DNA of 63,340 nt, counting the filler, from Octopus bimaculoides (taxonomy: Eukaryota): the NCBI RefSeq assembly GCF_001194135.2. It is 4 parts of 3 records of this genome, joined end to end, with 100 filler letters (N's around TTAATTAATTAA, not from the genome) between each part and the next. Parts side by side here need not be neighbours in the genome. Positions count along the whole stretch, not along the records: positions 23,381 to 40,790 come from NC_068986.1; 3 more parts are not named here. One strand, 5' to 3'. A program made the position numbers and the translations under genes. The notes beneath the pieces are model-generated. The model made no database searches and was not told the DNA's origin. It was given only the letters and a program-made list of their open reading frames with translations. Shown piece by piece: positions 23,381 to 37,579 of the stretch (positions are counted from its first letter, which is position 1; each line of letters begins with the position of its first letter).

Positions 23381-24251
23381 ATATATATATATATATATCG
23401 ATCTATATATATATATATACACACATACACACACACACATATATATATGTATATATACATACATACGCATGTGTTTGTACGCGTGTGTTTGTGGGAGTGT
23501 GTGTGGGTGTGTGTGTTTATGTGCTTGATTTCGGGTGAAATATCTTACTATCTGCGATTGTGCCAAGCAAACTTTTCAGTATCGACAAACAAGTTCAACA
23601 ATCTCTTCGCAATGAATCAGGAATAAAAATATAAATAACAACAGCAACAATAATAATAACGAAAAGATGAAATAGAAGAAAAACAAGAACAAGAGTTGCA
23701 AGCCCAACCCAATTATTAGCTTAGTAGCATCAATCACACCAACCACAATCACAACCACTACAACAACAATGAAAATAACAACGACAAACAAAGCACACAA
23801 AATGAAACCAATCTATATGACTACAAGTAACACATGATAGAATGGAAGATATCACATAGTCTGTTTTAACAGTCTGGACGATAAATCAATGCGAGGCATG
23901 CTATATTTGGATACAATTTAGACGCCACAGACAACCATAATATAGCAAAGTGCATACAAGAAGATTATATCTTTATAGAAAAATATTGCGTTTATTTATG
24001 TTACAACATTTCTGATATATAATTTCTAATGCCTGTTATTTCCCCTTCTTTTACTCTCTGCCTTCAAATCAACAATTCGACTTGCACAGTTTCCATATAT
24101 CTTAACCATTCCTATTATCTTTTATATTTACCTATGTCTTCATTTGTTTCTTTCTGTGTAGAAATTATAGTAACTATGACTGAATATGTGTGTGCTTATG
24201 CGTGCGTCTGTTTATGAATGCATGTACGTGTATACGTATTTATATGTGTAT

Positions 24252-24306
<55 letters not shown>

Positions 24307-24705
24307 NNNNNNNNNNNNNNNNNNNNNNNNNNNNNNNNNNNNNNNNNNNNNNNNNNNNNNNNNNNNNNNNNNNNNNNNNNNNNNNNNNNNNNNNNNNNNN
24401 NNNNNNNNNNNNNNNNNNNNNNNNNNNNNNNNNNNNNNNNNNNNNNNNNNNNNNNNNNNNNNNNNNNNNNNNNNNNNNNNNNNNNNNNNNNNNNNNNNNN
24501 NNNNNNNNNNNNNNNNNNNNNNNNNNNNNNNNNNNNNNNNNNNNNNNNNNNNNNNNNNNNNNNNNNNNNNNNNNNNNNNNNNNNNNNNNNNNNNNNNNNN
24601 NNNNNNNNNNNNNNNNNNNNNNNNNNNNNNNNNNNNNNNNNNNNNNNNNNNNNNNNNNNNNNNNNNNNNNNNNNNNNNTATATATATATATATATATACG
24701 TGTGG

Positions 24706-24748
<43 letters not shown>

Positions 24749-25237
24749 ATAAGAAACTTCGAGAGACACGAAATATATCGCTTTTAAAGGTTTGACTCTA
24801 AGAAGAGAAAGCAAGCAATAACTTTGTGTAAAATAGAGCCGTTGGGCCTCCGTAAAAAGTAAAGTGTGCATATATATCAATATATGTATATTTATACGTA
24901 TGTATATACATATGTGTGTATATATACAGGAAAGGAAAAGAAGAAAGATACAAATACTCGAACAAAAATCAAGTGTAATGGCTAAAATAACGAAAACTTC
25001 ATATATTTAGTGAAGCACAGATGAATATTTAATTATAAGTATTAAATATTTTTTAATATCATAATGTGTACTTATGTGTTGTGTGAGTGTGTGCACAAAT
25101 ATGAACATGTACATATAGACGTTCTTGAGTGTGTGTGTATGTACATTTGTGTGTTTGTGAATGCAAGTTTGTATGTATATGTATCTGTGTTTGTATATAT
25201 ATATACTTGTGCGTGTGTTGGTATGTGTATATATATA

Positions 25238-25427
25238 TATTTAAAAGCAGCAGAAATATAACCAAAGACTGTTACTCGGAGTTTTATGTTCCCGTTCATC
25301 GGACAAACTCCGAGTAACAGTCTTTTGCTATATTTCTGCTGCTTTTAAATAAAGCACATTACTCTACCTCTGGTATTTGAGTACTCTTTTTTCCACCTTG
25401 TTGCACATTTTATGTGCTTACTCCGGT
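25238..25427. mobile_element. Penelope-like remnant (family P2) with a 47-bp foldback and a decayed hammerhead motif at 25269-25306 (-)
   Basis: Arms 25238-25284 and 25305-25351 (2 mismatches), 20-nt loop; minus strand UUGU-CCGAUGA-ACG-GGAA-CAU-AAAAC-UCCGA-GUA^ACAG. Confidence 0.6.
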
Positions 25428-25787
25428 GTATATATATATATATATATATAATCGCTCTGTGGGCGTATAGTGAACTCAAAAATTACTCTTTAGAAATCAA
25501 CTAAAATTTCAATCAAAATTGTTGGCCACATCCATACGACTATTCTTTAATGAACGTAAAAGAGCAATTCCTGGGAATGCCATTATAATTTTTACTGAAG
25601 AAAGTCAAAAACAACATCTGGTCTTTCAATTAAACCAAGATCAATTCAAATACAAAATTTAGTTTTTCCTTTATTTTCTTTTACTTTCCCCACCTTTAAA
25701 AAAAAGTGGGTCCCTAGCTATGAATGACTACGTGCATTACAGGCTAAACTTTGAACCTTCTGTAACCTTCTACGTTCGTCTCCATCA

Positions 25788-26100
25788 TTCTTCTTCTTCT
25801 TATTATTATTATTATGCTTCTTCTTCTTCTGCTTCTTCTTCTTCTGCTTCTTCTTCTTCTGCTTCTTCTTCTTCTGCTTCTTCTTCTTCTTCTTCTTCTT
25901 CTTCTTCTTCTTCTTCTTCTTCTTCTTCTTCTTCTTCTTCTTCTTCTTCTTCTTCTTCTTCTTCTTCTTCTTCTTCTTCTTCTTCTTCTTCTTCTTCTTC
26001 TTCTTCTGCTTCTGCTTCTTCTTCTTCTTCTTCTTCTGCTTCTGCTTCTTCTTCTGCTTCTTCTTCTGCTTCTTCTTCTTCTTCTTCTTATTATTATTAT
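25788..26100. repeat. ~300-bp (TTC)n/(GAA)n tract with TGC variants, bounded by (TAT)n
   Basis: Read directly; abuts the 3' tail of the Dong-like element. Confidence 0.97.
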
Positions 26101-27665
26101 ATGCTTAACTTTTGTTTTGTATTTGTACAAGTTGACTCCAAATCTCACGCCGACACCTCAAGAAACAAGTGGTAAGTTCAAGTTGGTATTATACCTAGGG
26201 TGCCATATATTTGGTTCTGCACATAGTGTTGTTCTAGAGAATGTTTAAGAAATTATAAGAAAATTATGTGTTTGTTTCAACATTTGAGATTACATGGACA
26301 GTGTTTTACATATGTTATGGTAGTTCCCATGTGTACTATCTTTTGAATTTCTTGGTATTTGAGCCAAGTATGAATTAATCCCATTTGATATTATGTCTTG
26401 GGCACCTATGACAACAGATATTGTTTTAGTCTTCAGGTTCCACATTTTGCCAATTTCTATTTCAAGAGCTTTATTCTTGCTCAGTTGTTGGTAGATATTG
26501 ACAGATACGTTTATATCAATTGGGACAGTCATATCAATGAGGAGGCATGACTTTTGTCTGAAGTCTTTTAATATGACGTCTGGCCTATTTGCATCTATAT
26601 TTCTGTTAGTTTGAATGGTGCAGTTCCAGAGGAGTGAGATGTGATCATTTTCAAGCACTGGAGGTGGTTTGTGCTCCCACAAGTTTTTATTATGGGGCAG
26701 GTCCAGGTTTTTGCACATTACCCAGTGAATATATTGTGCAGCTGTATCATGCCTGTTGTGATACTCTGTAGGCGCAAGCAGTCTGCACATGAAGACAACA
26801 TTGTCAATGGTTTCATTTTGTTGTTCACATCCGCTACATAATGGGCTATTGCCGTTATTTCATATGTTGGCCTGATAGTTTCTTGTAGGTAGGAATCTAG
26901 GGCAGCGGTTTTAGTACGGTTTTTCATACGCTTAGCATTATCTGTGCTTGTTTCTAGTACGTCTAATTCTGAGATTTGTTGAATTTGGAATTCACTTAGA
27001 TAGTCCTTTGCCTGTTTTGTTACTGAGTATGAAGCTTTCTTGTTTTCATGTTTAAGACAAATTTTAATATCCAGGCATCGGAGTTTTTCAGGTAGATATT
27101 TAGGCCAGTTTTGGCAATATTCATTGTTAATTCCAGTCGTAAAAGTCCACGGCCACCCTCTTTTCTGCCTTAGTGTGGTGCATTCTATGCATCGTCAGCA
27201 ATTTACGCATTTTTCTGTCAAGATTTCATATTTCAGTAATTGACCAGTTAACGATATTTAAATTGTACGTCACCACCGGTAAGGCTATAGTATTGATCAC
27301 TTCGATCCGGTTTCCTGCATTCTGCTCTGTCTTAAGTGTTGCCCTTACCCTGCCGTAGCATTCTCTTCTGATCCTTTCCCTCATCATTAAATGCTTGATT
27401 CCATCACCTTCAACTACTCGTAGGTATTTGTAGCTCTCCGCTGGTTCTAAGTCCTTTATGACATTCTGTTGGTCAAGATTAATGTATGTTTCTAACATTC
27501 TTCTTTTGACAAAGGTAGCTTTTTCACATTTATCGAGATCAAATTGCATCTTGATGTCATCACTGAATTGTTTAACAATTGCTTGTAAGCTCTGTAGTTG
27601 TGGGTCATTTTTTGCAAAAAGATTTAAATCATCCATGTAATGGAAATGATTTATATTTTTCAAAC
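26088..27665 (-). mobile_element. Dong/R4-like retrotransposon, 5'-truncated (RT thumb, zinc knuckle, RLE, 3' UTR, TAA tail)
   Basis: ORF 27226-27690 INHFHYMDDLNLFAK..SYKYL; ORF 26290-26790 YHNRHD..IHW..NRPDVILKD..LIDMTVP..VVIGA. Confidence 0.93.
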
Positions 27666-28852
27666 CTTTTATAGCCCTAGAGTACATCATGGAGCAATTT
27701 AGAGAGAGGTATTAAGGTTAGATAAAAGAGAAATGGTGACAGTCACCATGGAAAGTTCCACAAGAAATTCTTACATCACCAGCAATCCATTACCACTGTT
27801 CAAAGTTAGTGTGGTTCTCCATGACCTCATACTTAAAGACAAGAAGTATCGCAGAATTTGTATGAACAGACTTTTCCTAAAAAAACAAAACAAACATTCT
27901 GATGATATTCCCTGGTCTCCTACATGTTTCGCTTGAATACATTGTTTTGGTATTCCGATGAAATTTTACGTGCCACATTTCATGTTCGTGCCCAAAGTAC
28001 TCAGGCACCATATTTTGTATATCAATGAGGAGAAATGCACATATTGCTAACACTACGAAGAAAATTCATGTTTCACTTCCTATAAAATATTCCATCATTT
28101 ATTTGGTAACTTCAAATGAATATAGGCTTTTGAGTTGGTTAATTACGAAACAGAGATTTAATTTCACTAGTTTTGGATAAGTCTCTATAGCTATCGGCAA
28201 ATAAATCCGAGATGATGAGGAAATTTGTTACAGCAAATGGCGGATTGAAATGAATTTAGTATATTTGTGAAAAGAGAAAACTTTCTCAGTAATATTACTT
28301 AATATTTCTTCAGATTATTTTATATTGCCCTCAGGTTATTTCAGACGTAAAAGTGTATATGAATTACATGTTCACTATGGCGGTGTTACTGGTTTTGGTC
28401 GCTGGAAATCGTCCAATGGGAATTTAGTAAATTCTATCTAGTGAAATACTTAGCATAATACTCACGTAATTGAACTTTCTTACAGAATGGTTACCTGTTC
28501 AAGAGCAACAGCCTACTTTACATACATAAATATGATAATGTATTTTTACCACTGGGATACACATATACATATACGCACAAAGATTCACAGAGACATAGAG
28601 AAATATGTATTCACTCACACAATCACATACAATTGTATATATCTATATATTTATTAGTGTACATATAAAGGCAAACAAATATATTTGCGTGTGCTTGCAG
28701 AGCAACTTTGCTCTCAGTAGCTGTCGATTTCATTTCAGTTACAAACAGTGAACTATGTTACAAGGCAGAAGCCGAACAAATTCCTTCTTAGTGCGAAATA
28801 TGGGCCAATGTTTAGTGGAAGGGGTTAATTGCTAACCAAACACTTAGTGAAT

Positions 28853-28891
<39 letters not shown>

Positions 28892-29599
28892 AAACTGGTA
28901 CATTTCGACTAGATCTGTGACTTGTGAACTCTGCTTAAAAGAAACCCTCAATGTGAACCCAGAACTCACCACAATTGCTTAACAAACACAAGCCTTCACA
29001 ATGTGTGAGCATAAAGTCTTCCGCACTTTTAAATTCTTCTATAAATCTAAATCTAAATTCCCCACTCATTGCAATCACATACATACCTCCATGATCGTAA
29101 CGCATCCCTGTATACTTCTTCTGGCAACCTTAACTTAGCGTTTCTTAAGATAAATGTTATTTATTTAATATATTTTTAAACCTTAACCTAAAAAATCCCC
29201 TAATTTTAAATTCTAACTCTTATTCCTAAATAGTTTATCATTCAACTGGTTTCTCCATTCACAACTACCTACACACCCATAGCTCCATACCTATAAATAT
29301 TTCTACAGCCACTGACCATAGCCATAAAAACTAGATTTTCTCCCCAACCTTTACAGACTAGAAGAATACCAATCGCACCTACTACTCTCTTTGAATCACT
29401 TTCATTTTAGTTTATTTTGTTCTCTTTACGTTAACTTACTTTACCTCCTACTCCTCATCCTCCCTTATTTACCCGAATGTATTTATTTATCTTCTTGGTT
29501 ATTTTTGTACACTATATTATATACCTCATTTTATCCTTAATACCAATCCTTTCCTTCCTCAACCTCTCTACCTCTTTCCCTATTTTTATATTTTTCTTT

Positions 29600-29970
29600 C
29601 TCTTTAACTCTTAATAGTGACTTCCCCTACCATTCTCTTACGGTACCTCGATGCGTTCGCGTCTATTTCTGGATATTTACGCTATTAAGACTTTAACATA
29701 CATGGATTTACATAAGATTGCACCTAAACAATTATGGACCAACATCTACACAATCGGAAAGTTGGGCTATGAAATGTGATGTTTTGTTTTTCTCCGCTTT
29801 CTTCTTTTTCTTAATCTCCTTGTTCCTTTTCGCCTGACCTCTATGCCGTTCATTTTATTAATCTATACCCTTTTCATATTCGCTATTTGTCGCCGATAAC
29901 GGAATATCCCATACTCTGGGATACCCCAGAAACAGCTGTAAGACATTGAATTTTTCCAATAATAATAATA
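29600..29970 (+). mobile_element. Penelope-like terminal-repeat remnant (family P3) with a hammerhead-like motif at 29889-29944
   Basis: GUCG-CCGAUAA-..UAUCCCA-UACUC-UGGGAUA..-GAAAC-AGCU-GUA^AGAC, palindromic ACAGCUGU stem III, followed by (TAA)n. Left boundary uncertain. Confidence 0.45.
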
Positions 29971-30790
29971 ACGTATATGACTTGAGATGTTTCTCTTGCC
30001 CTAACGTTTGTTGTCCTTTTTAGCAATTACATAACCGCTATATCGGAAATCTTCAATGGTTCCATAACTCCCGTCTCGGCTATAACCTAGGAACACTTAC
30101 AGGACTTAACTAGCGTATCTAATAGTTTAGAACTTCAGCAAAGACGACAAAATGACCTTTTAAGAGAATCAACCAATCGGAACAGCTAATGACTGTTCCA
30201 CACACGGAAGCCAACCAAGCAGAACGACAATCTTGACCACCAGAAAACCAAGACATCACCAGTACTTTAACGAATCGAAAATCATGTCTGCCCGCGGAAA
30301 AAAAAATTATAAATACACCGGAGTCCAAAACACGCCGTTACAAGCAAAAGTTCCTTCACACGACGGAAAGATGAAGAGAGAAATTGTAAACCAAATACCT
30401 TTTCATACTATTTTCATTAACTTAGTATGACTGAAACTTTGATGATATTCATTTCTTGTCGATCACTACTAACATTAATGTGCTTTGTAGATTCAAACAA
30501 ATTGATGCACAGTGTTTTAATATTATTGACTGTTATGAACATTTAAACTTGTCAACGTCGAACTTTTTGAACGTGTTTTTCTAATTCATAATTCTAAATT
30601 TGTCTGTTATGGACTTTTAATTTCTAATGCACAATTCTAAATTGTTACCATTGTTAGAACTAGTTTGTTACCATTGTTGAAACTAGTTTGGTATATATGT
30701 AAATAAATTAATTTAAAACAATTACAAGTTTTTCAAATTTAGGTACATTTTCAACAACAAATTTGCCTACCTGCATTTTCAGATTATTTC

Positions 30791-30833
<43 letters not shown>

Positions 30834-30862
30834 TACACACACACACACACACNNNNNNNNNN

Positions 30863-30922
<60 letters not shown>

Positions 30923-33169
30923 CGTGTGTGTGTGTGTGCGCTTATGTTGGTGTATATGTTCCATTAAATATGTCACTAGACATTAGTGACAATTCGTCAG
31001 ATTAACCTGATTCTCGTTTTTTCTTTTCCATTCCCACTGAGATCAAATGTGAATTTCATCCCTTCAAAGATCAATAAAGAATAAAATGTTGAGAACAGAA
31101 CAATGGAATGAATTGATCTGTAAAAATGTCGTCTTGAATTTGTAGTATTCTCCTGTCCATATCCTTAGGGTTCAAATCGCGTTATTTTCTGCCTGACTGT
31201 TGGACTTACACTATCCACCACCGAATTCAGTGTCACCATCTGACCAGTAATATCTCTTTACCGTAGACCCCACGATTGCAAGCATTAGAATACCTGTCTA
31301 ATTACACGATGCTTTCAGACTAACACACATGCACACAATACATTTTTCTATTTCCAATTGGAGATTTTGGCAGTACTGGGTTGGCGCACATATATGTGTG
31401 TTTGTGAGTGCATAAATACTTACGTAGCCCCGTCGTCATGAGACGTGTAAGGGCAGATGGCCTTTCAAATGCCTATTTCAAGGTGTTCATCTACAAGTAT
31501 GCCGATTACTCCATCGTAAATGAGAGAAACACCTTTTACGTACCAACGTTCTGTTCTTCTGACCGGATTGTGAAATAAACCTTGCACTACATGATAGTCC
31601 GCTTCTACAATTAGACCTGAGATTGATAACAACAACATCAATGTAATCAGTATTACGACACGCATGCACATACATACACACCCACATCGCTTAAATCTAT
31701 GTATGATTTTATAATTATACATGAAAGTACAGGCGCGCGAGTGTAATGTTTTCCCCTCTGTCTCTCTAATTCGAGTAACTGGTCTGTGATACATGTGCGT
31801 AAACTAATGAGGAAGCTTCTAAATCATTGTTTAGTCTTCTATGTCTAACAGTTAGATTTTTCCTCACGCTACACCTTACTTTAAAAAAGTCACAAGAGCA
31901 CATTTGATAAATGTCGTACTAACCACGATATGTTAAATAAGAACACTCCTGCGTCAGTTGCATCTGATCATAAATTTTCTCGTTCAAGCGTTACTGGCCA
32001 TCTGCCTATGATTCGCTCAATTCTAAAACAATAACAATACAAATAAAAATACAATAAAAAGAAAAGGAAGCAAGCAGTTTTCATAGTCTATGTAACTCCT
32101 TCTTATTTTTGTTTCAGTGAGGCTAACAAAAGATTTTAAATTGTTATATACATAGCCGAGTTGATAATGAAACAGAAAAAAAAAGAGGAAGAATATCAAA
32201 CAAGTAGATATGAGTAATGCATACGGATGTTGGACGTTATTCTATCTCATTATGTAGTCTCTTCTTTTCTCCATATGATCAGAACTGATAAACAAACATA
32301 TTGAAATCTTTGCTGACAGAGCGGAAACCGATCTCTGCTACGCACAGTGTATTGATCGATTGCTTTATACAAACTATCATTTTTAAGTATCTATTTCCAC
32401 GCAGATTTGTCATTGGTCAGGAAGCTAATTTATCTATGTAATTAATCACTAAATTCGAAGAAGAACTAAAAGAAAACTAAATAGATAAACCTCCATCGTA
32501 TAGAGAAAATGTGTCATACAATAGAATGGTTATTTATTAGGACGACAATACAATTTCCAAGTTGTTATATATATTTATATAAAATGTAGATCCAGACAAT
32601 TCAATATATATGTGTGTGTATAAATATATATCCAGACAATGTAGGGTTTGCATCAGAGTGGGAATAGAATATCGCAAAACAGAAGTAACAAAAGAACAAT
32701 CGTAAAATAAAAATAAAAAATATGCAACTGCACAACGGGGAAGAGCCGGGAAAGAGCGCATAGGGAGAGGAATGTTACTGCCATTACATGAAATAGAAAT
32801 TAAAAAAGAAAGTTTATGTAAGAGAAAAATAGTGATGCTTATAGTAATAAGCGTATAGAAGGTAAGATACAGAAGTGCGTATAAATACATCAATCCCCCC
32901 ATTTATTAATACGTCCATGTACATACGAGCCCGAGTGTTTTGTATGAAGGAAAATGGAGCTTGTTATCTATAAATGCTATTATACCTTTTATAATATTAT
33001 GTATGTATGCATATATTCTATCTATCTATCTATCTACATACAAACATATATGTGTGTGTGTATGTGTGTGTGTGCGTGTACGTATCTGTTCGTGTGTATA
33101 AATATGTACGGCAATAAAATTTATTAGCAGCTGCACTCTATATTCTGGTTTGCTTGATTATAATCCACA

Positions 33170-33405
33170 ACAAAAAGATCTATTCAGCAGCACGATGCAA
33201 GGAATTTGCGAAGTACGAATAAATGGGCAATGCTACGTCAATTGTTACAATCCGCCAGAATTGCTTTTTTGGGGGAGTGGTACCATCATTACATGCCTCC
33301 AGTCACATGGTGGATTTTCCTACCGCTAAACAATTTTGAGCAAATGTGTCAAAAATTGTACAAATTCTTTCCTGCTATACATCAACAACTCGGCAGGATT
33401 CTCAT
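33170..33405 (-). mobile_element. RTE-clade LINE reverse transcriptase fragment
   Basis: TGVDENPAELLMYSRKEFVQFLTHLLKIV*R*ENPPCDWRHVMMVPLPQKS..LLNR fits the G.D.IPAELL..P.DW...IVPLPK..LLNR pattern. Confidence 0.7.
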
Positions 33406-34046
33406 CTACGCCTGTAGCTATGTGTACATATCTATGTGTATATATATTCATGGGGTGCTTGTGTATGTGTTTATGCGTGTGTGTATACGAGTGAGTGGAC
33501 AAACGAAAGAAGCGCACGCAACAAATTTATTGTGAGTTACACATATGTATCATGTATGATTCAAATTAGTTGGTACTCCAAGTTTCAAGTCTGATGCTAT
33601 TCCTCAGTCGTCTTGAATTTGAATGAGAGAAGTAGATTCTTATTATCATAAGGTGGGCGAGGATTGGTCGGGGATGGTAACACGGCGTCGTGGTTTGTTG
33701 CTGGTACATCGGCGACAACAGTTACTTGGAAAATACCGCTTGATGAATTGGAAATTAACCGCGTGGTGGACAGGAAGTCGGTCATGTTGTTGGTGGAGAT
33801 GTGGGAAGGGGCGGTTTGTGCAAGTACATGGTTTTATATGTGATTGTTTGTATGCGCTCATATGGTATTCGTTCATGCCTGTATCGTTGCGAGGATGTGT
33901 ACATGTACATTGCTGCGCACGCACACGCCCACACAGACACACACATGCACACCTACGAACGAGCATACGCGCGTGCGTAAACACATACCTGCGTATACAC
34001 ACAAACATGAATATGTACGCACACACATGCGTATTCATTTTTAAGC

Positions 34047-34129
<83 letters not shown>

Positions 34130-34461
34130 CCATCTGGTTTCACCAGTCCTCAGTAAAATCGTCCAACCCATGCATGCATATTAGTGTGGGCATACACATG
34201 TGTACTCCTGTGCGCGCGCATACATGAGCATACATGTGCATAACTAGCATTGGAGATTGATAAGCGTTGTGATTTGGTAACCATTGGTTATTGGCAAGTG
34301 TGGGGATCTGGTTACCGTCGGGGAATGGTATGCTTCGGGGATTGATAATTCAGTCTTGCTCATAGGATTTTGTTGGTGACGGTGAACTTGGTGCAGGCGG
34401 TTCAGAGTAGCAGCTTGGCACTAAGGTTTTGCATCCGGATTGTCGCTAGTATATGTATATA

Positions 34462-34511
<50 letters not shown>

Positions 34512-34982
34512 AATCCTGTTCGACTATTTTACTTTTTCTTTTAGCCTTTCACACTGTCTTTGTTCTTTCCAAGTTATTTTCTCTCGCTCCCCACTTTTTC
34601 ACATTTCTTTACTTTCCCTTCATTTTCATCACTTTCCCTTCTCCTTTACCGTACTCTGTTCCTTTCCTTTCTTTTTTCTCTTTCTCATCCCTCTCTAATT
34701 CTTTAATCCCTCTGCCCCCACCTATCTCCTCTCCTTCCACGTAACCGGTGTTCCGCCAAGCCTGACCTTTCTTTCTTGGTTTGACTACCATCCGTCTAGC
34801 GTCTCTTATATTCCTTTCATCTGCGTCTCTTATATGACTTTCATCTGCCATGTTCCTGCTGTAAGGCTTCCCTTCCACACAGGCCAGCTTAATTTAATTC
34901 GACCTTACTCGAAAGACACTTGTTAGTATTTGTGTACCAATTTTCCCGATTTTCGTCCCTGTTTTCGTATACATTCGCTTGC

Positions 34983-35036
<54 letters not shown>

Positions 35037-35077
35037 CATATAGCAGCGTACGTACACAGCTGGTCTCCTTTATGTAA

Positions 35078-35140
<63 letters not shown>

Positions 35141-37579
35141 TACAAACAGTGAGATAGAGACCGACAGGTACAGAGAAAGGAGAGAGAGAGAGAGGATAAA
35201 CTGATCAACATATGTTCACTAGAAAACACTTCGTAGCGATCAAATGATTGTCTTCGACGCTTTAAAACATATTTTTGTTTTACAGTTGACATAACTTGTC
35301 TAATAATTTCGCTTAATTTTCTCATTTCATGTTATGAAATAGATAATAAATACGTTCGGCACTAAATATGAGATTCCTTAAGTTTTCAATGAAAATTCTG
35401 CCAGGGTCGACATGCCATTTAGTTTATCTCTGTTGCATAAACTTAGAAACCTAACGTTACATTCGATTCAGTTGAGTCAATCATTACTAAAACGAAGGTA
35501 GTTCCGGTGGCCATGTTGAACAGATTCATAGCATTGATGCACTTTCAAGTGCCTCTTCATATTAATCCCTTACAAACTTTGATTTATAATTTGAAGAATT
35601 ATTAGTAGTTATATCTATGGACCGAAGAATTACAGTTCCGTTGAGCATAATGACAGCAAGGAAAAACCTTCGATTAATGAAAACGCGTTCAGATCCTATA
35701 TATTGTACACTAGATTTCTGTTATACTACGTAACAAATAATCGTGTTAATTTCGTTGATTACTTCCAGGCTAACTCTTATATAGCAGACATAATATTCAA
35801 GGAGTATTTCATAGTTTTCTCTCACTACTCAATATGTCCTCATTTCATTACATTCAAAATGTTATGGATCATTATCTGAGAAAGATCTATCTATTATATG
35901 ATAAATATCTATTTGGTTACACACCGTTCATCGTAAACAAAACAAATAAACTTATTCTGAAAGACATATGGACAAATTTGATCCCACTGTTTTTTCAGAA
36001 TTGTCCTTATGCATCAAGGTAAAGAAGAATCGATCGTTCCAGAACCCTCCTTTCGGTACGGGATATTATTAAAACGAACGACACTTTATTGTAAAATATT
36101 TTCAAACTATATATATATATATATATTGTTCAAACTATATATATATATATTATATATTTTTTAACCTATATATCCTATATGTCGTATGTGTCAATGAATT
36201 TAGTTCAAATCGTTTTTATGGTGAGATCCTGAATGAAAAAGAAAATCATATTGTCTGAAATTGTGGAATCTTCTTAAGAAACAAGTCTCTAATACACAAG
36301 GCAACAATCATTTGCTTAATTGTTTGAAAGTTATCCTGTATCAGTGAGCCATTACTAATTTACAACTCAGTTTCCCTTTAAGTAAAGTTTAATAAATTCA
36401 TTGAAAATTTTATCATTAAACAAAGAAAAAAATGAAGAAATTAAGAATTAAAAAAAAAAGTAATAATAAATTAAATACACAAAGAAAACATAAAACGAAA
36501 ACCAAAATAACAGACAAAAGGAAAGACAAAGACAGAGAGAAACAATTTTTATTAAAACATTTCTAATGCATTTGGAGTGGTTTAGCCATTCGTATGTAGC
36601 GAATTGAAATCTGTACGTCTATCTTGCTGAAGAAGGAAGTGAAATTTGTGACAGTTGAATTAACAAAGTGCAGCCGAGGGTAATTGTTTCATTTCAAAGC
36701 TGAAGTCTTAGTAGATATGTGAAAATTAACAGCTCGCTCATACAGAATGAATCATTGCTTGCTTCTAACACGGGAAGCCATTGTACGTTCGGGTGACTTA
36801 GCTATTTTTCAATAACTTTAATACTACCTGACCTCTTCTTTTACGTCAATTATTTACGAATTACCGCCTCAATTCACTACATTTTATGACGCCTTCAAAC
36901 ACACGGTTATGTCTACCGTACATTCTTATTTCGCTATATTTTTGCAATTAACTTTTCTCATTTGTATTGTATGGTTTAAAATCTTATTCATTATACACGA
37001 CGAATCAATATATATATATGTGTATGTATGTATGTGTGTGAGTGGGTGAGAGTGTGTAGCTGCGTTGTGCACACATACAAATGCAAAGGTGTGTATCTAT
37101 ATATATATATATATATACACATACTATATAGAATCAGGGAAACAATCTGTGTACATAAGCGCGTAATTTTTAACCTATTATTTATACATCACTCACCTTA
37201 TTTTCAATCAATGTATATTTTAGTATTAATATGTAAATATACTCATAAACAGAAGCACACGTGTTAGGTCACAAAAAATACGCACACACGCACATTGACA
37301 TAGAAACACCCACGCGCATCTAGTTGCCCTCTCACTTTCACTCAAACACACATACATACACACATATATATAATCCACCGATACCTGGTTTTCTTTCGTT
37401 CCCTCCTCACACGTTAAGCTTTTCAAATACGTACAATAGTTACGCATTCGCATTATAGAATTAAATTATATATGCTTTATAGACAGCTGCGCCGATAAAA
37501 GTACTCACACGCCAGCATATATTTATACAGACACAAACACATTTACACACACACATACATACATACATACATACATATT

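Noticed and set aside
25720-26248. Poly-Ser, poly-Arg and poly-Leu ORFs
   Set aside because: Three frames of one (TTC)n tract; likewise 48219-48581.
29990-30430. Stop-interrupted frame resembling a LINE ORF1
   Set aside because: No recognisable motif; cannot be assigned.
33590-34880. GC-richer segments and ORFs 33597-33785 and 34609-34878
   Set aside because: Probably pieces of an old repeat split by (TA)n, but no diagnostic motif or second copy in the window.
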